The notes under the pieces were generated by a model. It did no database searches, was not told the DNA's origin, and worked only from the letters and a program-made list of their open reading frames with translations. A program made the position numbers and the translations under genes. DNA of 23,153 nucleotides, from assembly GCA_964510165.1 (NCBI GenBank), contig CAZEBC010000048.1, positions 1 to 23,153 of the forward strand, in the 5' to 3' direction. Source of the stretch: an uncultured bacterium (GTDB lineage Bacteria; Abyssobacteria; SURF-5). Each line of letters begins with the position of its first letter. Positions within the stretch are counted from its first letter, which is position 1. Shown in pieces: positions 17,545 to 23,153 of the stretch.

Positions 17545-18870
17545 TTACGAAACGCTCTTCGTTTGGGCGGGTTCCCTTGGGCGCGTCGGCAGAAACGTAT
17601 AGACCGCGATAGTGAGGAACAGCAGCATCCCTCCCGCTCCAAGGATGGCGAGAACGGTCATTGGGGTGGCATGGAAGAACCAGATACCGGCAAACGTAAG
17701 AGTCGTGAGCGGTATCAATACCCACAGGAAGCCGTACCGCTCGATCGCAAGGTTGTAGTGGACGAGTATCATGGTAACGGCGACGGGGGTTATCGCTATG
17801 CCGAATACTCTTATCAGCGCCACCAGTTCGGGCGCGTCCGATTTCCCCAGCACGAGCGCGATGAACCGCGCCAGAACAAAGCAGGCGATGATCCCCCCAA
17901 GGGCCAGAACCACCTCCAGGACAAGCCCTCGCGCCAGAACGGGTATCGGGTTCTCTCCCGTGGCCCTCTTGCGGGCAACCTTGGGAAACAGCGCCAGGAT
18001 TATCCCGAACGGCAGGAACAGAAACGCCTTTCCGATTATCGAGGCCGTCGCATAGTAACCGGCCAGCTTCAGCCCCTCTCCCTCATTTCCATAAAAATGT
18101 CGCACCAGCGGGATATCAATGTTACAGAATGAGTTCAGACACATGAGCGTCACAATCACAGGCGCCGCGAACCTGTAAAGTTCCCTCATGTCAATGCTGT
18201 CGTCCCCGAAATCCGAAACCAGCACCTCGCGTATCGGCCACACCGCAATCAGGAGCGAAAGCCCGAATGACAGCGCCACCCCGAACAGCACTCCTCCGAC
18301 TCCCCACCCGAGCATCGCAAACAGGATGCCCAGCGCGCACTTCGCAGTAAACCCCGCGAAATACGATGTGCCGAGATAGCCGAATTGTTCGCGCCCCTGC
18401 AACACGGCCCAAAGGACCGGCATAAGATACATGGAAAACAGCAACACCCCCGAAACGATAATCGGAGTGTTTCTCTCGATGTTCAGAAAATCGCCTATCA
18501 GAGGCGCACCAAATATGATGAGCGCCATCAACACAAACCCCGCAATCCCCACCCGCTTCAAACACTCCAGCATCAACCGCCTCACCCGCGCGCCTTCATC
18601 CCTGGCATTGTATTGCGCCACAAACTTTGTTATCGTAGTCTGCACGGTTATCATTGGGATCGATATCCAGAAAAGAAGCGACATAAGCGAATTGAGCGCG
18701 CTGTAACCTTCCGGCCCGAGATTGCGGCTCATATAAATGTGAAAGTAGAAATTGAAGACGTTGCCGAGGCCGACGATCCCGACCAGAAACCCCTCGTCCA
18801 GAATGCTCTCTTTTTTCTTGACGAGCGCCAACGCGGGAGCGCTCCCCACCTTCGCTTCATCCATGTTCAA
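17545..18870 (-). CDS. oligosaccharide flippase (Wzx/MOP superfamily)
   Basis: About 12 TM helices; GNVFNFYFHIYMSRNLGPEGYS, LQGREQF, NIDIPLVRH, AGYYATASIIGKA..LFPKV; start is TTG 18870 or ATG 18864. Confidence 0.88.
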   Translation of the reverse strand: MNMDEAKVGSAPALALVKKKESILDEGFLVGIVGLGNVFNFYFHIYMSRNLGPEGYSALNSLMSLLFWISIPMITVQTTITKFVAQYNARDEGARVRRLMLECLKRVGIAGFVLMALIIFGAPLIGDFLNIERNTPIIVSGVLLFSMYLMPVLWAVLQGREQFGYLGTSYFAGFTAKCALGILFAMLGWGVGGVLFGVALSFGLSLLIAVWPIREVLVSDFGDDSIDMRELYRFAAPVIVTLMCLNSFCNIDIPLVRHFYGNEGEGLKLAGYYATASIIGKAFLFLPFGIILALFPKVARKRATGENPIPVLARGLVLEVVLALGGIIACFVLARFIALVLGKSDAPELVALIRVFGIAITPVAVTMILVHYNLAIERYGFLWVLIPLTTLTFAGIWFFHATPMTVLAILGAGGMLLFLTIAVYTFLPTRPREPAQTKSVS

Positions 18871-18902
18871 CTCGTGCCCCTTAAGGCTTACATATTTCCG
18901 GT

Positions 18903-18927
18903 GTAGTGGCGAACCTCGTGTTCGCCC
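18903..18927 (+). repeat. GTAG-headed REP-like palindrome
   Basis: GTAG-T-GGCGAAC-CTCGT-GTTCGCC-C: GTAG tetranucleotide followed by a 7-bp stem; single copy in the window. Confidence 0.5.
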
Positions 18928-18945
18928 GCGGAGATACCGAGTCCA

Positions 18946-18975
18946 ATTCTAGCCTTATTCAAGCATCTTTTTCAA
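18946..18975 (-). promoter_or_regulatory. promoter for the flippase / glycosylation cluster
   Basis: TTGAAA (18975-18970), 18-nt spacer, TAGAAT (18951-18946). Confidence 0.5.
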
Positions 18976-18990
18976 GAAAAAACGGCAGGA

Positions 18991-19020
18991 TTGCCATTCG
19001 CGGCCGTCCAATGATATAGT
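18991..19020 (+). promoter_or_regulatory. divergent promoter for the GH172 gene
   Basis: TTGCCA (18991-18996), 18-nt spacer ending TG-A, TATAGT (19015-19020). Confidence 0.6.
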
Positions 19021-19040
19021 CGTGTGCGTAATTCCCAAAG

Positions 19041-19075
19041 CGCCCTCTCCCTGTGGGAGAGGGTTGGGGTGAGGG
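19041..19075 (-). repeat. third copy of the BoxC-like palindromic repeat
   Basis: Reverse complement CCCTCACCCCAACCCTCTCCCACAGGGAGAGGGCG matches 14501-14535 at 33/35 nt. Confidence 0.8.
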
Positions 19076-19124
19076 AAAAACACCCGACAGCACTGAGAAC
19101 ATGCGGACCCGAGGAGGAACCAGC

Positions 19125-20129
19125 ATGCTGAACCCTAACTCCCTATCGAATCTCGCGATCCTACGAAATCATCGAAATGAGCGCATCTCAAGCTACGATA
19201 TCACCGGCGGCAACGCCGACTTCTCCGTCCTCTATCCCGGCGAGAGGAAGACAATCGCCGAAATCAAGGCGGCCGGCGTCATTCGCCATATCTGGATGAC
19301 ACTCCGCTCCGAAGAACTTGCATTCCTCAGAAAGATCGTCATCAGGATGTATTGGGACAACGAAAAGCATCCGAGCGTCGAGACCCCCATCGGCGATTTC
19401 TTCGGACTCGGCCACGCCAAGACCACCTATTTCTCTTCGCTGCCGCTCTCCATGTTCGACCGAGGCTTCAACTGTTTTTTCCCCATGCCGTTCCACGAAC
19501 ACGCGCTGATAGAAGTTCACAGCGAATGCGAGGAGTGCCCGCTCATCCTATACTACTACCTCGACTACGAGCTCCACGATAAGCTGCCGCCCGATCTGGG
19601 CACGTTTCACGCGCAATGGCGGCGCGAGAATCCGTGCCAGGCCGTGATTCTCGAAAACGAGAAGAACACCGACGGCAAGGAAAACTACATCGTCCTCGAC
19701 GCCGAGGGCCACGGCCACTACGTCGGATGTCACCTCGACATTGACGCCCTCTCGCCCGGCTGGTGGGGGGAGGGCGACGACATGTTCTTCATTGACGGCG
19801 AGAAATGGCCCCCCGCAATACACGGCACGGGCACCGAGGACTACTTCTGCGGCGCCTGGAATTTCAACGAGGTCAAACAGCCGTTTTGCAGCCCTTATTA
19901 CGGCTACCATTTGAAGGGAAACGACGACTACACCGGCAAGCACTCGATGTACCGTTACCATATCGAGGACCCGATCGTGTTCCGGCGCTCGCTCCTGTTC
20001 TCCATCGAACACGGACACGCCAACGATATGGGCCACGATTACTCAAGCACCGCGTACTGGTATCAGGCAGAGCCTCACAAGAGGTCGGTGCTTCTCCCGC
20101 CCGTCGAGCAGCGCTTGCCAAGACAGTAA
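19125..20129 (+). CDS. DUF2961 / glycoside hydrolase family 172 protein
   Basis: SSYDITGGNAD, GVIRHIW, MYWDNE..PSVETPIGDFFG, FPMPF, FHAQWRR, WWGEGD, GTGTEDYF, YRYHIEDPI, IEHGHAN; ATG 19125 with SD GAGGAGG. Confidence 0.92.
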   Translation: MLNPNSLSNLAILRNHRNERISSYDITGGNADFSVLYPGERKTIAEIKAAGVIRHIWMTLRSEELAFLRKIVIRMYWDNEKHPSVETPIGDFFGLGHAKTTYFSSLPLSMFDRGFNCFFPMPFHEHALIEVHSECEECPLILYYYLDYELHDKLPPDLGTFHAQWRRENPCQAVILENEKNTDGKENYIVLDAEGHGHYVGCHLDIDALSPGWWGEGDDMFFIDGEKWPPAIHGTGTEDYFCGAWNFNEVKQPFCSPYYGYHLKGNDDYTGKHSMYRYHIEDPIVFRRSLLFSIEHGHANDMGHDYSSTAYWYQAEPHKRSVLLPPVEQRLPRQ

Positions 20130-20179
20130 GTGTCGTTTGAACAGGCTGAGTCTTCTGCGCGGCGCCCAGGGATAACGTC

Positions 20180-20350
20180 ATGCAATGCCCAAGCTGCAAC
20201 ACCACCCTCGCGCGCATACAGTACGAGGGTCTTCTCATCTGCTCGTGCCCGGGCTGCAACGGCGAGTTTGTCTCGCTCAGCCAGCTTTGTTCCATCGTAA
20301 AGCGAAGAGATGAAAAGTTCGACAAGAAAAAGCTCTTTGTTTTAAAGTAA
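20180..20350 (+). CDS. small zinc-ribbon protein (zf-TFIIB-like), 56 aa, not in the ORF track
   Basis: MQCPSCNTTLARIQYEGLLICSCPGCNGEFVSLSQLCSIVKRRDEKFDKKKLFVLK; CPxC..CPxCxG pattern; AGGGA upstream. Confidence 0.65.
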   Translation: MQCPSCNTTLARIQYEGLLICSCPGCNGEFVSLSQLCSIVKRRDEKFDKKKLFVLK

Positions 20351-20367
20351 GAATGTGCTACTATAAT
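20336..20367 (+). promoter_or_regulatory. putative promoter for the vWA-FecR-FHA gene
   Basis: TG-C-TACTAT (20356-20364) overlapping a perfect TATAAT (20362-20367); TTGTTT at 20337-20342; AT-rich context. Confidence 0.5.
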
Positions 20368-20428
20368 AACAGCGACCCTGGCGCTTCTTCGTATCTTTTC
20401 GACAGTCTTCTATCCATAGGGAGGGGAG

Positions 20429-23068
20429 ATGGACTACGGTCTGTCCTCCGGTCTCAGGGCTTTCGCAAAGTTCTCTGTCATTCGCGCCCTGCTGTTTCTT
20501 TCGTTCATTCCTCTCCTCTGCATCTCCCCTTCTCCAGCCGCCGGAAAGATCGATGACGCATCCAAAATCCCCGACCGCGCCAAGGGGCGCTCCGCCATAG
20601 TCTACGTCATTGACAAGTCCTCCAGCATGGCGTGGATACTGGACGACCTCAAGCATACCTTGAAGAGCGCCGTCAGAAAATGCAAGAACCGCGATAGCGT
20701 CACGATCCTCCTGTTTGGCGATACCGTAAACACCCTGGTTCGATACCCATCGTTGGATGACGCCAAGAAGGCTCGTATCGAAAAGGCGATTGACACCATC
20801 ACCGCCGACGCCCTCTACACCAACCTGGCGCTCGCCGTCAAACGCGGAACCGAATGCCTTCAGGAATACGCTCGCGAGCACCCCGCCGAATTCTATTCCC
20901 TTGTCCTTATCACCGACGGCAAGGACCATCCCTCTCCCGATTACGTGCGCGACTTCACTATTGACGGCGTGCTCACCCGGAATCCCGATTTCATGCCCGG
21001 AGAGCGGTGGTCACTCGGTTACATCGCCCTCAAGGGACAGGTGGACCCTGAACTGCTCGCCCTGGTCGAAAAGTACAAGGGCGACGTGTTTGACGTCGAA
21101 ATGATCAGTCGCTCCTCCGAACTCAGCCAGGGTGAGATTGTCGGCAACATCATCGAGAATCCGACCGATTGGAAATTCTTCGAGGCCGAGATAGTTGACG
21201 CGACAGGCGATGTCATCCTGAAGAGGGGAAAAGAGTGGGAACCGCTTTCCAGCCTCAACCATCCCATCCTGGTCTCCGGCGACCGCATCGCCACTCGGCA
21301 GGGAGGACGGGTCATCATTCGGTTCGGACACGTGGGGCGCGCCGGCCTCGATGAAAACAGCGAGATGAAAATCGCAGCCTTTGAAGGGATGCTCGTTAAG
21401 CGGTCCGCTTCAGTCGTATTGGACCTCGAGTCCGGAACCTTATGGAACGCCGTCGGCGTGCCGCCCGACAAGTCGGTCCGCTACGAAGTCCGGTCGTCAG
21501 TCGCTTCGACCGTCGTCAAGGGCACCATCCTCAGGGTCCACTTCAACAAGGCCAACCGCTGGCATTACGCCGCAGTCCTTTCAGGCGCCGCCGAGATGCT
21601 GCCCCGGCCCGGGGTTTCCTTCAGACCTTACGAGTTGCCCGCCGACACCTATTCCGTCTGTTTTGCAAACAAGACTCCCATGCTGCCGACTCCCATGCCG
21701 GAACAAACGCTCTTCCTCGTCCCCATCTCTCAGACTGTGACAATCGGGCCCATCATGGCCGGCGAGACTCTGGTGCAGCAATACCCCGTCACCCCGAGCC
21801 AGAACGGCTATGAGACTCTGTTCGAGTGGAACCGCTGGCAGAGGGCGCTGCTCGGAGGCGCGCGGCTCGAAAATATCGACTTCGCAAAAGATATCCTGTC
21901 GGCGGAACCCGATATCCAATTGCCCCGGGGAATCAGAGTCAGCGTCAAACTGGACGAATCGTCCACCGAATGGATGGACAGAAACCTCGTTGTCTCCGTC
22001 GGCTGCCGGGCCGAATTCGAACGCACATCCGCCAAAGAGTTCTTTGGCCGAATCGTGTTGCTTTCGCGCGATCCCAACGTGAAATTCTCGAGAGACTACA
22101 TCGAGCTTCATGTGCTCAACGCGCGTTCGTTCCCGTATTTGGCCCTCATCATCGCGGGCGCAGCCACAGCCGGCATCGTCACCGCGTACCTGCTCTTCAG
22201 GAGGAACGGCCCTCTCTACAAGGCCAAGAGAAAGCTCGTCAGCTTTGTGCGGCAAAGGGCAATCAAGACAAAACTGCTGAAACCCCTGCGTGCCCGGCCC
22301 ACTGGCCGGATCATATTCAAAGGGGATTCTTACAGGGGAGAACGCTCATATGACCTGGCAGCCGTTTCTCGCCAAACCGACAAGCTTATCATCGAGATCG
22401 GCAACGACCCCACGAGCGCAATCCACGTATCCCATTCCTCGCTCCAGCCGGTTCACTGCTGCATATGGGCGGGCAGGAGGAGGCTTCCCACCAGGATATA
22501 CATCGAGCCGGGCCCCGATGCCGAGCTCATGATTAACGGCGAACCCGCGACCGCAACACGGCAACTCATTGACAAGGACGTGGTCCGACTCGGCACGCTG
22601 GAGTTCCAGTTTATTGACACCCAACTCCACAACCAGGTCGAAGTCCATATGAAGAACCACGCCGTCCATGACGGCATCCTCGAATACTGGGACCTTGGAC
22701 AAAGCGTGTTCTACATGACCCACACCACCACTCGAAAAGAGAAGTTCCTCACCCTCCGCTTCGAGGACGTCGCCTACGTGCATTTCTATCGCGACGAAAG
22801 CGAGCGCACCCTCTCCCTGCTGCCTCGCTCGCTTTCCTGCGTCAGGAAGAGGCCGAGAAAAGCTGTCGTCGTCGAACTCGAAAACAAAGAGAAGCTCAAA
22901 GGCTTTGTCCACAAGAAATACAAGGTCACCGGCGACTCGCCGGGCGTTTTTCTCATCCCCCTCTCCGAGAACAGCAACATCCAGCACACTTATATCCCGC
23001 GAAGCAGCATATCCTCCATCCTCACCGTTGATGTACAAACTCTGCCGCATCCTGAGGGCCTGAAGTGA
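20429..23068 (+). CDS. multidomain membrane protein: signal/anchor - vWA - FecR-like - TM - degenerate FHA - DUF6982-like C-terminus
   Basis: MIDAS DKSSS..T..TDG; FecR-like GDRIAT..LDENSEMKI..LESGTLW..VKGT; TM YLALIIAGAATAGIVTAYLLF followed by RR; FHA-like IGND..H..ING..LIDKDVVRLG; C-terminal VEV..G / VVV..LKG..GVFLIP..SN..YIP; SD GGAGG. Confidence 0.85.
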   Translation: MDYGLSSGLRAFAKFSVIRALLFLSFIPLLCISPSPAAGKIDDASKIPDRAKGRSAIVYVIDKSSSMAWILDDLKHTLKSAVRKCKNRDSVTILLFGDTVNTLVRYPSLDDAKKARIEKAIDTITADALYTNLALAVKRGTECLQEYAREHPAEFYSLVLITDGKDHPSPDYVRDFTIDGVLTRNPDFMPGERWSLGYIALKGQVDPELLALVEKYKGDVFDVEMISRSSELSQGEIVGNIIENPTDWKFFEAEIVDATGDVILKRGKEWEPLSSLNHPILVSGDRIATRQGGRVIIRFGHVGRAGLDENSEMKIAAFEGMLVKRSASVVLDLESGTLWNAVGVPPDKSVRYEVRSSVASTVVKGTILRVHFNKANRWHYAAVLSGAAEMLPRPGVSFRPYELPADTYSVCFANKTPMLPTPMPEQTLFLVPISQTVTIGPIMAGETLVQQYPVTPSQNGYETLFEWNRWQRALLGGARLENIDFAKDILSAEPDIQLPRGIRVSVKLDESSTEWMDRNLVVSVGCRAEFERTSAKEFFGRIVLLSRDPNVKFSRDYIELHVLNARSFPYLALIIAGAATAGIVTAYLLFRRNGPLYKAKRKLVSFVRQRAIKTKLLKPLRARPTGRIIFKGDSYRGERSYDLAAVSRQTDKLIIEIGNDPTSAIHVSHSSLQPVHCCIWAGRRRLPTRIYIEPGPDAELMINGEPATATRQLIDKDVVRLGTLEFQFIDTQLHNQVEVHMKNHAVHDGILEYWDLGQSVFYMTHTTTRKEKFLTLRFEDVAYVHFYRDESERTLSLLPRSLSCVRKRPRKAVVVELENKEKLKGFVHKKYKVTGDSPGVFLIPLSENSNIQHTYIPRSSISSILTVDVQTLPHPEGLK

Positions 23069-23153
23069 GCCAAGGTGACTGGTCGTTGGCGAACCTAGTC
23101 CTGATGCGGCGAAGCGCCGAAGAGTTTTCGGTAGCATTGTTCGATTTCTTGAT

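Noticed and set aside
4476-19124. Extended N-termini from the ORF track (starts 4523, 8166, 8882, 9611, 15784, 17443, 19053)
   Set aside because: They overlap upstream genes, leaders or repeats; downstream ATGs give ATGA coupling, an SD or a family-typical N-terminus
20180-20350. Six-Cys small peptide as a RiPP (ranthipeptide/sactipeptide) precursor for the SPASM-like radical SAM
   Set aside because: Cys spacing fits a zinc ribbon, it lies 12 kb away on the opposite strand, and the enzyme has no N-terminal RRE-sized extension
23077-23135. CTGATG-C-GGCG-AAG-CGCC-GAAG looks like a hammerhead ribozyme core
   Set aside because: The core deviates (CUGAUGC, GAAG) and no stem III or NUH cleavage site can form; more likely a terminator-like hairpin region at the window edge
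1-23153. CRISPR array, tRNA/rRNA, transposase, integrase or phage genes
   Set aside because: No regularly spaced direct repeats, cloverleaf/rRNA signatures or mobile-element proteins were recognised

Overview
GC-rich bacterial genomic DNA dominated by a ~16.5 kb minus-strand cell-surface glycosylation cluster (2400-18870). Its 14 genes are a Wzx-type flippase, five GT2 glycosyltransferases (two of them polyprenol-phosphate sugar synthase-like), one GT4, a class I SAM methyltransferase, three radical SAM enzymes (two cobalamin-binding, one with a twitch/SPASM-like Cys tail) and two GT-C-fold membrane transferases (YfhO family; DUF2723/GT117 TMEM260-like with a TPR-like tail). No recognisable initiating phosphoglycosyltransferase, Wzy or O-antigen ligase lies in the window. 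The most interesting hypothesis is a lipid-carrier-dependent (protein?) glycosylation pathway whose sugars are tailored by radical SAM chemistry. Left of the cluster are a SPOR-domain protein, an RmlA/SpsI-like nucleotidyltransferase and a hemerythrin gene behind a class II CRP/FNR-type promoter and a structured 160-nt leader. Right of it are a divergent GH172 (DUF2961) glycosidase, a 56-aa zinc-ribbon ORF absent from the ORF track, and an 879-aa membrane protein with an unusual vWA-FecR-TM-degenerate FHA-DUF6982-like architecture. Several extended -10 promoters and two kinds of palindromic intergenic repeats are visible. All family calls come from motif recognition by eye; no database search or folding was run.
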